From a virus, in IMG/VR virus record IMGVR_UViG_3300020020_000028, positions 9,961 through 73,960 of that record: a stretch of DNA of 64,000 nucleotides; one strand, written 5' to 3'. Both the position numbers and the translations under genes were made by a program. The notes under the pieces were generated by a model, which was given only the letters and a program-made list of their open reading frames with translations, was not told the DNA's origin and did not search any database. Shown here one piece after another: positions 50,257 to 61,928 of the stretch (within the stretch, counting starts at the first letter, position 1; the number at the start of each line of letters is the position of its first letter).

Positions 50257-52455
50257 ATGGCGATGAAGTTGACAAAGGCAGAACGTTTGTTGAGACAGGC
50301 GCAGCGCGAAGAGGAGGCTGCGAAGCGTGCGTCTACGCCAGAAGTAAAGTCGGTTGAAAAACAGATCGAGGCCACAGAGAAGAAGGTCAAGGCTATCAAG
50401 GCGAAGATCGAGAAGGAATCAAAGCCTGTACGCCCGGTCATTGTGTTGCCTCCCGTACCGATCATCGAATGGCACGGCGCGTATGATCAGAGTTGGAAGG
50501 GCTTCATCACCGACGAAAGTTTCGCCCACCCTGCCAAGGCATCACGCGCACTCCTCGGTAAGATCTTCGATCATCTCTTTTCCATCGGAGCACTCTCACG
50601 AGGAGGGAGTGTCATTGATCCCTTCGGAGGCATCGGGACCACGGGGATCATCGGCGCATGGCGTGCGTGCGAGGTGACGTGCTGTGAACTAGAGCCTCGT
50701 TTTTTCGAGTTAGCCAAGGCAAACTTCGCCATGCACGCTGAGAACCTCGAACACATGGGGTTTCCTCAGCCGAGGATTGTCAATGGGGATAGTCGCAAGT
50801 TGCGGCAGCATATTTGTCGAGCGGATAGTGTGGTGAGTAGTCCTCCGTACGCCGAAGGACTCGGTCACGGGGGCACGCCAACAGTCGGAGGGGGCAAGGC
50901 CGGAGACAAGGTGCTCGATGCGATGCAAGACGGGTATGGAGAGACAACCGGGCAATTGACGGGCATGACTGAGGGTGAGGTCGATGCCGTGGTGAGTAGT
51001 CCTCCGTACGCCGAGATCGCAACCGGTGCCGGTGGACTTAACACCAAACCGGCCGCAGAGGGTCAGCAAGGCGGACGCTCTGCGAGTGCGGCGAGTCAAG
51101 ACACGGATCAACGGTACGGAGTAACTGAAGGTCAACTCTCACGGTTGCAGACAGGGACCGTAGAAGATTCGCTACCGGACGCAGACTTTGACGGTGAAAC
51201 ATACGAACGAGATCGTGATCATTCGAGACTGAAAGCACAATTAGATAGTGTGTTTGCTGTGATGAAAGATCACAATTGGCACACGTTATCGGAAATATCC
51301 GCACTGACCGGGGCTCCAGAGCAAAGTGTTGGCGCACGATTGCGAGATCTCCGAAAAGAAAAGTTCGGAGGTCACGTTATCGAACGTCAGTATATCGAAG
51401 CCGGGTTGTGGCATTATCGATTCCCATCACAGGCTGATGTCGTCATCTCCAGTCCTCCATACGAAGCCGCGATCTCCGAACGTGGTGGGCGTCAGAGAGT
51501 GATCGAACCTCGATGCGACGAGAACGGCAATCCTTATCCTCAAGAAATGGATCTCAAGCCGTACGGAGACACTGAAGGTCAACTCGGATCGATGCAGACA
51601 GAAGGCGTCGATGCGTTGATTTCATCTCCTCCATATAGCGCAAGCGGTCTAGGATCGTCTCCGGCCTCTGAGGGTCCGAACGGGCGACCCACGGACAACA
51701 AAGGTGCGTCGCAGCCTCTGGATCAATACGGAGAAACCGAAGGGCAGTTGAATCACATTCCGAAGGGAGATATTGATGCGGTGATTTCTTCACCTCCCTA
51801 CTCCGAACAGCAACAGGGAGGAGGTATTGCCATTCATGGTACTCCTCAGCAACAAGTGTATGGAGACGCATGTAAATCTCCAGCAGGATATCAAGCGCAA
51901 GGCAATTCAGAGGGTCAACTCGGAGACATGGCCGCACAGAACATCGACGCACTCGTCAGCAGTCCTCCCTTCGGTTCTGGAGACTCCGCTAGTGCGCAGT
52001 CGATGGTCAAGCGTGATGATAAATCCGCACAATGGGTGAAGGCGAACGTCGGGAGCGCGGGCACCGAAGGATACGGCACTTCAGATGGTCAACTCGCGCA
52101 GATGCCCTCCAAAGAGGAGTCCGATACCTTCTGGACTGCCGCACGAGACATCGTCAAAGAGTGTTACGACGTTTTGAAGCCCGGAGGACACGCCGCATGG
52201 ATTGTCAAAGCCTTTGTCCGGGATAAACAGATCGTAGACTTCCCCGGTGACTGGCGGAAGCTCTGTGAGTACGTGGGGTTCGAGACACTCACGGAAGTGC
52301 GCGCCATGCTCGTGAAAAAGAACGAGTACGTAGACATCTTCGGTGAAGAACAGATCGATACGAAGGAACGTAAGAGTTTCTTCCGGCGTCTCGCGGAGAA
52401 GAATGGGAGCCCGAAGATCGACTTCGAGGTCGTGTGGATCATGAGGAAGCCATGA
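50257..52455 (+). CDS. Amino (N4C/N6A) DNA methyltransferase with repeated SPPY modules and inserted wHTH
   Basis: HPAK, DPFGGIGTTG, 6x SSPP(Y/F), ECYDVLKPGG. Confidence 0.8.
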   Translation: MAMKLTKAERLLRQAQREEEAAKRASTPEVKSVEKQIEATEKKVKAIKAKIEKESKPVRPVIVLPPVPIIEWHGAYDQSWKGFITDESFAHPAKASRALLGKIFDHLFSIGALSRGGSVIDPFGGIGTTGIIGAWRACEVTCCELEPRFFELAKANFAMHAENLEHMGFPQPRIVNGDSRKLRQHICRADSVVSSPPYAEGLGHGGTPTVGGGKAGDKVLDAMQDGYGETTGQLTGMTEGEVDAVVSSPPYAEIATGAGGLNTKPAAEGQQGGRSASAASQDTDQRYGVTEGQLSRLQTGTVEDSLPDADFDGETYERDRDHSRLKAQLDSVFAVMKDHNWHTLSEISALTGAPEQSVGARLRDLRKEKFGGHVIERQYIEAGLWHYRFPSQADVVISSPPYEAAISERGGRQRVIEPRCDENGNPYPQEMDLKPYGDTEGQLGSMQTEGVDALISSPPYSASGLGSSPASEGPNGRPTDNKGASQPLDQYGETEGQLNHIPKGDIDAVISSPPYSEQQQGGGIAIHGTPQQQVYGDACKSPAGYQAQGNSEGQLGDMAAQNIDALVSSPPFGSGDSASAQSMVKRDDKSAQWVKANVGSAGTEGYGTSDGQLAQMPSKEESDTFWTAARDIVKECYDVLKPGGHAAWIVKAFVRDKQIVDFPGDWRKLCEYVGFETLTEVRAMLVKKNEYVDIFGEEQIDTKERKSFFRRLAEKNGSPKIDFEVVWIMRKP

Positions 52456-52779
52456 AAACACTTCGACAACTCATCAACGAATTATTAAAACTCGAAGAAC
52501 AATGCGGTCAAAACATCAGAGTGGTAATTCGTGATTCTGGTGAATATGATCCCGTGCCTTCAATCGAAGAACGGTACATCGGCATGGGGAACGAAACAGA
52601 GAGAAGAATTGAACTATGACTAAAGGTAATGTTATGGCGATACTCTTTGTTATAATCGTCGTCGTCTTTGGTATTTATTCGTGTGTTCGTGCCGAAAAGG
52701 ATTGCGCACGTAGAGGTGGGGTGCTCGTTCAAGGCGCCGTTGGTTACGCATGTGTGGCACAGCCGGGGAGTCCGATTCG

Positions 52780-53856
52780 ATGAATCTTAACATCAACAGC
52801 CAGATACTGGCCGAAGAACTTCGACATCTGAACAAGATCGTTCCAAGTAAGCCGACGATTCAGATCCTGAGTCACATTCTTTTTCGTGCGACCGAGGGCA
52901 ATCTTTCTTTCTACGCCACAGACTTGGAACTCGGGCTGCTTTCTTCCGTGACTGCGGACGTGCGTGAGCCCGGAGAATTGGCGCTGCCCGCACAGAAGAT
53001 GCTCTCACTCGTAGAGCAGTTCCCGGATGACGATGTGTCGATCATGAAGGACAAGACACAGGTCGTAGTCCGGTGCGGGAAGTTCACCTCACGTCTTCAA
53101 GTATTACCAACGTTTGACTTCCCGAAGATCCCACAAGAGAGCGGGAAGAGTTCATTGCTCTCCGGGCAGGCATTGTCTCAGGCGATTGATAAAACGATCT
53201 ACGCTATCGTGGAAGGTGGCCCGAAGTACATCACGCAAGGTGCTCTACTGACATTGAAACAGAACGGTGCGGCGATGATCGCGACGGACGGCAAACGTCT
53301 GGCCGTGGCCACGATGCAACTGGACAAAAACAACGAAGAGATGCGAGTGATCGTCCCACTCAAGACCCTGAATGTGTTGACAACACAACTCGGCAACGGA
53401 GAGGTCACGATGACCAACTCCGAGAAGCATCTCTTCTTTCGCATCGAGAATCGGTTGCTCATTTCGCGAATGATCGATGGATCGTTCCCTCGCTACGAAG
53501 CCATTATCCCGCGTGAGAACGACAAGAAGATTGCCATCAGTAAATATCAGTTTGCGTCCGCACTTCGACGAGTGAATTTGGTATCGGGTGATAATAAGGC
53601 TGTGAACTTCGAGGTCACGGAGGGGCAACTCAAGATCTCATCGTCCAGTGTGGAGGTAGGTAGTGCAGATGAGGTTGTCGAGGTGCATTACAGTGGACCA
53701 GATTTGAAGATCTGTGTGAACGGCGACCACGTACTAGACTTTGCGAATACGGCCATTCATTCGAATATCGTGATGGCGTTGAAAGACTCACTGACGGCGA
53801 TGATGTTGTTGGACGGAGACAGCTACGTCGGTGTGATTATGTTGTTGAAATCATGA
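52780..53856 (+). CDS. dnaN: DNA polymerase III beta sliding clamp
   Basis: KPTIQILSHI, ATDLE, ATDGKRLA, SRMIDGSFPRYEAIIP. Confidence 0.9.
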   Translation: MNLNINSQILAEELRHLNKIVPSKPTIQILSHILFRATEGNLSFYATDLELGLLSSVTADVREPGELALPAQKMLSLVEQFPDDDVSIMKDKTQVVVRCGKFTSRLQVLPTFDFPKIPQESGKSSLLSGQALSQAIDKTIYAIVEGGPKYITQGALLTLKQNGAAMIATDGKRLAVATMQLDKNNEEMRVIVPLKTLNVLTTQLGNGEVTMTNSEKHLFFRIENRLLISRMIDGSFPRYEAIIPRENDKKIAISKYQFASALRRVNLVSGDNKAVNFEVTEGQLKISSSSVEVGSADEVVEVHYSGPDLKICVNGDHVLDFANTAIHSNIVMALKDSLTAMMLLDGDSYVGVIMLLKS

Positions 53857-53962
53857 GAACAAATCCTGCACTCTCCTATGTTATCGGCGTTGTTGTAGGC
53901 GCGTTGATAATGGGATGGATTTGGTTCATAGCAACACACTAAATGGCGAAACGGATTAACCC

Positions 53963-54304
53963 ATGACACAGAAGAAGATGACAGATACGGAGCGACAGAT
54001 GCAGCGCGACAGACGAGACGATGCTATCGTCGCCTATTATCTCGCAGGAAATAAACTCGCGGCGTGTAGTTCAAAATTCAATCTAGGCAGACAGCGAACG
54101 CAACAGATCCTCGAATCGCGCGGGGTCTGGAAGCCGTATGCTCCATCAGATCGCACGAAACATCTTGGAGTCACGGTCACCGAGGAGACGAAGAAGGCGC
54201 TGAAGGAAGAAGCCGACGCAAAGGGTGTCTCTGTGTCTCAACTTGTGTCCGATAAGCTCGAAGCAGACAGAAGTAAGACAGAGATGGTGAAGGAGAGCGC
54301 GTGA
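53963..54304 (+). CDS. Putative DNA-binding protein (HTH + ribbon-helix-helix)
   Basis: LGVTVTEETKKALKEEADAKGVSVSQLV. Confidence 0.55.
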   Translation: MTQKKMTDTERQMQRDRRDDAIVAYYLAGNKLAACSSKFNLGRQRTQQILESRGVWKPYAPSDRTKHLGVTVTEETKKALKEEADAKGVSVSQLVSDKLEADRSKTEMVKESA

Positions 54305-54978
54305 AAATCTACCTCGCCGCCCCTTACCCCACACGTGATCGATGTATCGAGATCATGCACGTGCTCGAAGCCGCAGGACACGTGGTGACCAGCCGATGGC
54401 TCAAGGCGCCAGACGAATTGAACGATGCGTTTGCGCGTGAGGATCTTGCTGACGTGATGAGTGCCGATCTCCTGTTGGCGTACAATCCTCTGGAGTTCGA
54501 AAACGCAGGCACCGGGGGTCGTCACATCGAATTCGGGTACGCGATTGCGAAGCACAAGAAACTAGCTTTGATCGGTAACCGTTCCAACATCTTTCACTAT
54601 CTATCAGATGTGAAGGTCTATGAGACGGTTGAAGAGTTTGTGGCCATGAACGTGATTCCCCCTGTGGATCGATCACAACGCGTGTCTACGAGTGGTAATC
54701 CGTTGACCGAGGATCATCGAGAACTTGATCCACGAACTGGGATGCAAAAGGATTACGTCGTACTCTCAGCAGAAGAACGTGCGAAGGGCTTCGTGCGTCC
54801 AGTCAGAAGTCAGTACAAACATCTACCGTGCGGGACTACGACGTGGATGGCGACCTCGCTTGCAGAGACATACGCTCGTGATCCTCAGTTCTACAGCGGG
54901 ACCTTCTGTTCAGCATGTAAGGTACATAAACCACTCGATGAGTTTGAGTGGATGGACGGCACGAAGGTGGGATCATGA
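54301..54978 (+). CDS. Nucleoside 2-deoxyribosyltransferase-like domain + Zn-binding domain
   Basis: KIYLAAPY, DLADVMSAD, GGRHIEFGYA. Confidence 0.7.
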   Translation: MKIYLAAPYPTRDRCIEIMHVLEAAGHVVTSRWLKAPDELNDAFAREDLADVMSADLLLAYNPLEFENAGTGGRHIEFGYAIAKHKKLALIGNRSNIFHYLSDVKVYETVEEFVAMNVIPPVDRSQRVSTSGNPLTEDHRELDPRTGMQKDYVVLSAEERAKGFVRPVRSQYKHLPCGTTTWMATSLAETYARDPQFYSGTFCSACKVHKPLDEFEWMDGTKVGS

Positions 54979-55304
54979 TCTTCGATCTCATTGCACATCT
55001 CGACCGCCAACGTGCGTTCTCGGAGAAGACCTTCGGGCCAGGATCACGCACACAAGGAGTGATCGATCATATTCGTAAGGAACTGAAGGAGATCGACGAA
55101 AAGCCGTTCGATCTCTACGAATGGATTGACGTGATTCTACTCGGGCTCGACGGCGCGTGGCGTGCTGGCTATACCTCGAAAGAGATTGTCATCGCGCTTG
55201 AAACCAAGCAGACGATGAATGAGGCGCGTTCATGGCCTCGTTGGCAGGATCAAGATCGGGATAAGGCGATACAACATGAGCGACCAGAAGCCTCAGAACG
55301 TTAA
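54975..55304 (+). CDS. DUF550 / MazG-like nucleotide pyrophosphohydrolase
   Basis: TFGPG, HIRKELKE, EWIDVILLGLDG, NEARSWP. Confidence 0.75.
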   Translation: MIFDLIAHLDRQRAFSEKTFGPGSRTQGVIDHIRKELKEIDEKPFDLYEWIDVILLGLDGAWRAGYTSKEIVIALETKQTMNEARSWPRWQDQDRDKAIQHERPEASER

Positions 55305-55494
55305 GTGTCCGGACTGCGACGGACCGATGGTGTCTCGTAAGAGCACGCACGGAGTCTTCTGGGGATGTCGATCTTTCCCGGCCTGCCGTGGCACGCGTGA
55401 CTCTATGGGGCGCTCGAAGCAAGAACGCAAGCAAGAGGAAGCGATTCGCGAGGAAGAGGGTCCAGACGCCGATAACTACAGGTGGGATCGGTGA
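55276..55494 (+). CDS. Topoisomerase C4 zinc-ribbon protein
   Basis: CPDCDGPM...FWGCRSFPAC. Confidence 0.8.
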   Translation: MSDQKPQNVKCPDCDGPMVSRKSTHGVFWGCRSFPACRGTRDSMGRSKQERKQEEAIREEEGPDADNYRWDR

Positions 55495-57251
55495 AGCTCG
55501 AACCGAACTGCATCCGTAACGATGAAGACACGTCGATGACACTCTGCGGACGAAGTTCAAAAAGTGTCGGTTCGATCTCTATTGAGCACTATGACGAGAA
55601 TCCCGTCGGCCACGTCGATGGTTTGTTGCTCTGTCCAGAATGCGAAATCATTGCGATAGGAGATCATCCGTGATTATCAGAACCATCGTTCGCATCTGGC
55701 GTTGGCTCCACACGAAGCCCGTCAACCGGATCTCGGACAAGTGGTTGTGTGATCACGTCGTGCAGACTTACGATGATAATCCGAGAGCGCAGGCGAAGCG
55801 ATGACTTATCGTATCATCATGAACGGGAACGGGAAGTTCAAAATCGAGCGCAAACGTGGGTGGATTGCCGGGTGGTTCGTTCTCGGTCAGTACAAGAACA
55901 ACGAGCCCTACTTCGGTAATTGGAATGAAGATGCACTCTTGTTCAACTCATCAGAAGCCGCCTGCAAGGCGCTCCTGGAGGCTCAAGAAAGAGACGCACG
56001 TGAACGGCGTGAAGAACAGTGGTCTGTAGTCGTTGAGGAAAAGCTATGACACTCGGCGAAGACTATCCGAATGAACAACAGAGATGTCGCGAACTTCTCA
56101 AGCTCTACGAAGAGATCGGGCCTGCCGGATCCTTCGGAGCGGCTACGATTCGAGGTGTGCTCCTCCGCGCCGACGAGGCACTCGCAAACAACGATGTAGT
56201 GGCGATGATCCGTGCCTACGAGGAAATGAAAGGGTGTAAAGAATGAACCATCAATTCATCTCCTGTCAGCTACGATCTACCGGTCAATGCTCCGGCTGTC
56301 GCGATGGTGAGAGCCAGTTCGATTGTGTCTACGAGTCGCTCGCCGTCTGTGGGGTCTGTGGAGGCTGTGAGGGCTCGTTGTTGCCGCTCTGTCCCGGTTA
56401 TCAACTCACGCACGAACAGCACGAAGAGAACTACGTGAATCTCATGAAGGTCGGGACGTTCACAGAAGCGAGGGTGCACTGATGCCGATCTTCAGGGCGA
56501 CGGTGTATATCTCTTCTGAGGTCGAAATAGACGGTTACACTGGAACGATGCGACGCATCTATGAACTGAGTGCCAGTGATGAAAATCACTTCAAAGAACA
56601 AGTTCAAGATCTCTTTCCTCAACAGAGATCTACGGTGGACTTCGGGCCAGTGACGAGGAAAGAATGAAACCACGTAAGCTAGACGGCATCGAGATCTACA
56701 CCAGTGCCTTCTGGGACGTGTGGGCAGGATTCTGCGGGGTGATTTGATGCAGAGAATATTGCGCGTGTTAATGGTGGCGGCGCTGTGCAGTGCATGTAAC
56801 GACGAAAGTGCACGAGAAGTCCAACGTAGGATAAAAGCGGAAGATGTCTCGATCGAACAGATGCGTGCGCGCACGGTCGAGATGCAGGAATCAGACATCC
56901 AAGGATGTCGTGACCGTGGCGGGCTGCCCATCACGGCGCCGTCCGATGTCGCACCGAAGACGCGGCGCATGCTCACGCGATGCGAACTGCCGTGTGTGCC
57001 TGTCGCCGTGCCTCCTGTTGCAGTGCCTTCGAAGGTAGAGAAATAATGCCGCTTGATATCGTCGAAGAACTGCGCAGAGTTGGTCAAGATGAGCGCGTGA
57101 TGCTCATCTGGCGTGATCTCGTGCAACGGGCGGCATCGGAGATCGAAGATCTACGGAGTGCTCTACGTGCTGCTCAGCAACCTCCATCTCAAAGTTTAGA
57201 TGGGTTCGCGACGGCGCTACTATCTAAACTCGGAGTGGAGGAGTTACCGAA

Positions 57252-58103
57252 GTGATTCACACGTTGCTCAACCTCACGCGTCCGTTGATCATCCCGGATA
57301 CCGAGACTACTGGCGTCCACCCAGAAGCCCGCATCATCGAGTTAGGATTTCAGGTCTGGGATGCGACTGGCCTCATCAAAGAATATCGATCCCTCATCGA
57401 TCCAGAGATTCCGATCCCTGCACCGGCAACAGCCGTGCATGGGATCACCGATGAATTAATCGCGTCCTGTCAGACCTGTTTGCTGTCTCGTCTTGAATGT
57501 TCGTGTGAGCACTTCCATGTGACCCCGAAGTTTGCGCAGATTGCGCAGAGTCTCGCACTCGGATTCTCCGACTGCGATTTCGGAGGCAAGAACATCCGCT
57601 TCGATCTGGTCAGACTGACCTACGAGTTTGGGTTAGCCAAGGTACCGTGGTCGTATTACGGTGCGAGCATTCTCGACGGTGAACGGCTTGAACAGATTAC
57701 CAACCCTCGCACGCTCTCTGATCTCTATCGGAAGTACAAGGGAGAGGAACTCGAAGGCGCCCACGGAGCCCTCACCGATGCACGCGCATCGGCAGACGTG
57801 ATCTGTGGACAACTTCAGATGTACGAGAGCCTTCCTCGTGATCTTCGGGCGCTCCACGAACTCCAGTGGCCCGGTTGGTTGACCTCTGATGGATCGTTCA
57901 AGATGATCAACGGGGTTCCGACCTGTATGTTGAAAAAGTATCGCGATGTGCCGATGCACAAGGTACCAGGGAATTACTATGACTGGATTCTCTCGGCTTC
58001 ATTTCCGGAAGACGTAAGGGAGTTGGTCAGGAATGCGAAACTTGGGATCTATCCGACGGCAACTCCTGAACAGATCGCGGCTGCGGATAAGAGGATGGTA
58101 TGA
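57252..58103 (+). CDS. DEDDh 3'-5' exonuclease (DnaQ-like)
   Basis: DTETTG, VHGITD, NIRFD, HGALTD. Confidence 0.9.
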   Translation: MIHTLLNLTRPLIIPDTETTGVHPEARIIELGFQVWDATGLIKEYRSLIDPEIPIPAPATAVHGITDELIASCQTCLLSRLECSCEHFHVTPKFAQIAQSLALGFSDCDFGGKNIRFDLVRLTYEFGLAKVPWSYYGASILDGERLEQITNPRTLSDLYRKYKGEELEGAHGALTDARASADVICGQLQMYESLPRDLRALHELQWPGWLTSDGSFKMINGVPTCMLKKYRDVPMHKVPGNYYDWILSASFPEDVRELVRNAKLGIYPTATPEQIAAADKRMV

Positions 58104-58763
58104 CATACCCACTTGGCGGACATTCGAGTATTCAACGCGCCTTAGCGATTGCAGACTGTTACGGATCAATTGACGGTGAACACCACAAGATGTGGGTTAT
58201 CGATCAGATGGTCCGTGCTCTGGTTGCCGAGGATTATGAGAACTGGGTTCGACAACATAAGGACGGACAAGATGGGCCAGACACGCATAGGTGGGATAAA
58301 GGGATCGCGCCGTGAGGATGGTATGAAACGAGGTGAGAATCTCAAGGCTATCCCCCGCGAGGAACGCGTACGTCTTGGAAGACAAGGTGGTATCGTTAGT
58401 GGCAAGGTTAAGTTAGAGAAACTTCTCGACGGGTACATGAAGATCGTGAGAGAGCAAGGTGTTTATGCTGCTCTCAAAGTCTGCCGAGAAGAATCGTGGA
58501 TGCGAGGTTACGACGCTTGTAAAAAGCAGGAGTTAAGACGTGAAAAATCGCGACGGAGATCAACCTCTACCGAAAGCCAGCAACAGTCCTCCGATGCACG
58601 ATCTCGTCTGCGAGGACATGATGGCTCGCAAAGCACTGGGAATCAGACGGTACGGGAGAGCCCTGCAAGCGAACAACGGACGCGACGGATTGCGTGATCA
58701 CTACGAAGAATTGCTCGATGCGTGTGCGTATGCAAGGCAATTGTTGTACGAAAGGGACGGCAA

Positions 58764-60245
58764 GTGAATATCTTATCCGTGTTGCGTAAGGACGGCTATA
58801 AGGTCGGTCATCCATTTCAGTATCCGGATAAGACCACGATGGTCTACTCGAATTTGACTCCGCGGTCGAGCCGGGTCGAAGGTGTCGATCAAGTTGTAGT
58901 CTTCGGACCACAATTCTTCGCGAAGAAGTGGTTGATTGACGATTTCAATAGGAATTTCTTTGATGTGCCGCGAGCAGAGATGTTGACGACCTACAAGCGT
59001 CGCATCGAGAACTATCTCGGACCACTGAAGTCATACAATCACATCGAAGAACTCCACGAGCTTGGCTATCTGCCGCTGAAGATCAAGGCATTGCCCGAAG
59101 GCACGCTGTGCCCTCTACGAGTACCATTGTTGACAATCCGCAACACCCTGCCTCGCTTTGGATGGTTGACCAACATGCTGGAGACGCATATGAGTGCCGC
59201 ACTCTGGCGTCCGATCACCAGCGCAACCACGTCATTTAACTACCGACGAGAGTTCGAGAAATATGCGAAACTCACCGGAGGTGACAAAGCGTTCGTGAAG
59301 TGGCAGGGCCATGATTTCTCGATGCGTGGGATCGATCCTGAGGCATCTATTTCATCCGGGGCCGCACACCTCCTGTCGTTCACCGGCACGGATACGATTC
59401 CAGCCATCGACTTTCTCGAACAATACTACGGCGCAGATTGTGAGAAAGAGTTGATCGGAGGGAGCGTTCCGGCTACGGAGCATTCCGTGATGTCGATGGG
59501 GATGCAGGATGGAGAGTTCAATACCATTCGTCGATTGATCACCGAAGTTTATCCGACGGGTATCGTCAGCATCGTGTGTGATACATGGGATTTCTGGAAG
59601 GTGCTCACAGACTACTTGCCGCGACTCAAAAATGAGATCATGGCGAGGGATGGAAAAGTCGTGGTCCGTCCGGACAGCGGCGATCCGGTAGACATCATCT
59701 GTGGAGCGAGAAGCCAAGTGAAACTTCCCATCACCGCTCGTAATGAAGCGGTGTGGAGCGGGGCTATCGGAACACTGTGGCACGTCTTTGGTGGGACAGT
59801 TAGTGCAACCGGCCACAAGATACTCGACCCGCACATCGGTCTGATCTATGGTGACAGTATCACGAAGGACCGGCAGGAAAAGATCCTCAGCAAACTCATG
59901 GAAAACGGGTTCGCCTCCACGAACGTGGTTCTTGGGATTGGTAGCTACACCTTCCAATACGTGACACGTGACACCTACGGACTGGCGGTGAAAGCCACCT
60001 ACGGTGAGATCGATGGCAAGGGTCAGGCGATCTTCAAGAAGCCGCTGACAGATGACGGTCTGAAGAATTCTGCGAAGGGTTTACTCCGTGTCGAACGTGA
60101 TTCGTGGGGAAAGCTCGTGTGCCACGAGGACCAAACATGGGAGCAGGAAGAACAAGGTCTGCTCCAGGACATCTTCGTTGACGGAGAGACGCGGAACTTT
60201 CAAACCTTGTCACAGATCCGTGAGAGGATTGAGGCTCAACTGTGA
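58764..60245 (+). CDS. Nicotinamide phosphoribosyltransferase-family enzyme (Nampt/Namat)
   Basis: DGYKVGH, HDFSMRG, GTDT, VPATEHSVM, SIVCDTWD, VRPDSGDP, IYGDSIT. Confidence 0.9.
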   Translation: MNILSVLRKDGYKVGHPFQYPDKTTMVYSNLTPRSSRVEGVDQVVVFGPQFFAKKWLIDDFNRNFFDVPRAEMLTTYKRRIENYLGPLKSYNHIEELHELGYLPLKIKALPEGTLCPLRVPLLTIRNTLPRFGWLTNMLETHMSAALWRPITSATTSFNYRREFEKYAKLTGGDKAFVKWQGHDFSMRGIDPEASISSGAAHLLSFTGTDTIPAIDFLEQYYGADCEKELIGGSVPATEHSVMSMGMQDGEFNTIRRLITEVYPTGIVSIVCDTWDFWKVLTDYLPRLKNEIMARDGKVVVRPDSGDPVDIICGARSQVKLPITARNEAVWSGAIGTLWHVFGGTVSATGHKILDPHIGLIYGDSITKDRQEKILSKLMENGFASTNVVLGIGSYTFQYVTRDTYGLAVKATYGEIDGKGQAIFKKPLTDDGLKNSAKGLLRVERDSWGKLVCHEDQTWEQEEQGLLQDIFVDGETRNFQTLSQIRERIEAQL

Positions 60246-60447
60246 TGTTCACACAATACAGACGTAAACAGATCGCTGAACTTCGTCCGTACGTCTTCGG
60301 TGAAGATCTCCAACATGTATCTATTTCTATAGAGGACAGTAAAAATGGATCACCGAAAGAAGGTGACATGATCGCCCGGAATCCGAAGAATCATGCTGAT
60401 CAATGGTTGGTTGCACATCAGTACTTCGTGGATAACTTCGAGGCCAT

Positions 60448-61269
60448 ATGATCATCAAGACGCGCGGTGGGAATCTTCCATTCAAATTATTTTCGTTCCC
60501 GGATGGGCAGCGGCACTTCAAACTCGAAGCATGGGATCATGAATGGAAAAGCGCGACCATTGAATCCCGCATCGCGAACGCTGAAGAACTCTTCGATGTC
60601 TTGCTCGCGAAAGATGTGCTGAGTTTTCAAGGCTATATAGTGTCTCTCGATGTTCGGTATCTACTTGGTGCGAGGATGGATCGACGTATCAGTAACGCTG
60701 AACCACACACGTTGCAACTCGTGTCCGAGATGATCAACGCTGCGGGTTTCAAAAAGATTCGCATTCTTGACCCACACTCGGAAGTGGCTCTAGTGTATCT
60801 AGATGCTGAGCCCGTCTTTCCAGTTCATGAAGTCAAACTAGTCATGGCCCACTATGATTCTCATGATACGGCAATTGTGGCACCTGACGACGGGGCCTCA
60901 CCGAGAGTGCGGAAACTTCTAGAGTTGACACATAATGGTCACTTCTCTGTCGTTCAGGGTGTGAAACATAGAGATCCGAATACCGGTCGGTTATCAGCGT
61001 TCTCAACTAAAGATCCATCGCTAGTAAAAGACAAACGATGTCTCATCCTCGACGATATCTGTGACGGAGGAGGCACGTTCACCGGACTCTCTGAAGTCCT
61101 ACGAGATGCCGGGGCCAAGAGTGTTGATCTCTTCGTCACGCACGGTATCTTCTCGAAGGGCACGACACTCGAAGGCATCGACCAGATCTACACCACGGAC
61201 TCCTATCATCCGATTGGTAAACTTGTCGGGCCGATCACCATGCATGTGAAGATGCACGAGGATATATGA
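60448..61269 (+). CDS. PRPP-synthetase-like enzyme (Prs/Adps)
   Basis: FPDGQ, YLLGARMDR, LDPHS, APDDGA, ILDDICDGGGTF, VTHGIFS. Confidence 0.9.
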   Translation: MIIKTRGGNLPFKLFSFPDGQRHFKLEAWDHEWKSATIESRIANAEELFDVLLAKDVLSFQGYIVSLDVRYLLGARMDRRISNAEPHTLQLVSEMINAAGFKKIRILDPHSEVALVYLDAEPVFPVHEVKLVMAHYDSHDTAIVAPDDGASPRVRKLLELTHNGHFSVVQGVKHRDPNTGRLSAFSTKDPSLVKDKRCLILDDICDGGGTFTGLSEVLRDAGAKSVDLFVTHGIFSKGTTLEGIDQIYTTDSYHPIGKLVGPITMHVKMHEDI

Positions 61270-61928
61270 TGACAGTAGAAACCTTTTGGCCTCTCTTCCA
61301 TCTTATGGTGATGTTTCTCTTCAAGTTCGGCGTCGCCGGATTGCTTATCGCTCAAATGAGTAGTAAACCGCGCACGTCTTTAGAGACAACGCAATTGACA
61401 GCATTGCTCTTTCTGGTGCTCTCTACAGAACTACCGTGGATAAAGTAATGAACAAAATCTTGTCAGGTATCGGTGCTTTCGTCGTAGCGGTACCGATTCT
61501 CGTATGTATCGGAGTCCTTGTCATCATGTGGCGTACATGGTGGCTCTATCCTGCGTGGGCGTGGTATGTCGAGCCTCTCGGGATACCTCCTATCACCTTC
61601 TGGCACTTTGCCGCACTTTCGATTCTCATAAGTTACTTTACACATCAGAACGAGACGAAGAAAGACGAACGTAAGGAAGACTGGTCAAAGTGGTCAGCAA
61701 GATTCGCAAACGCGCCAATCATATGGGTGATCCTCTGGTGGATGCGATGACTCGTAACCAGTGGATCGGCATGATTATCACGCTCGCTCCAATTGTGATC
61801 CTCTGCGCCATCAAAGCATGGACACATGGACTCTCTGTCGTGCTGTTAGATCTTGGCGGCGCTGTTCTTGTGACCCTCCTTGCCTTTGGCTGGATCCTTG
61901 GACTAGCGATGTGGGCTGGACGGATAGA

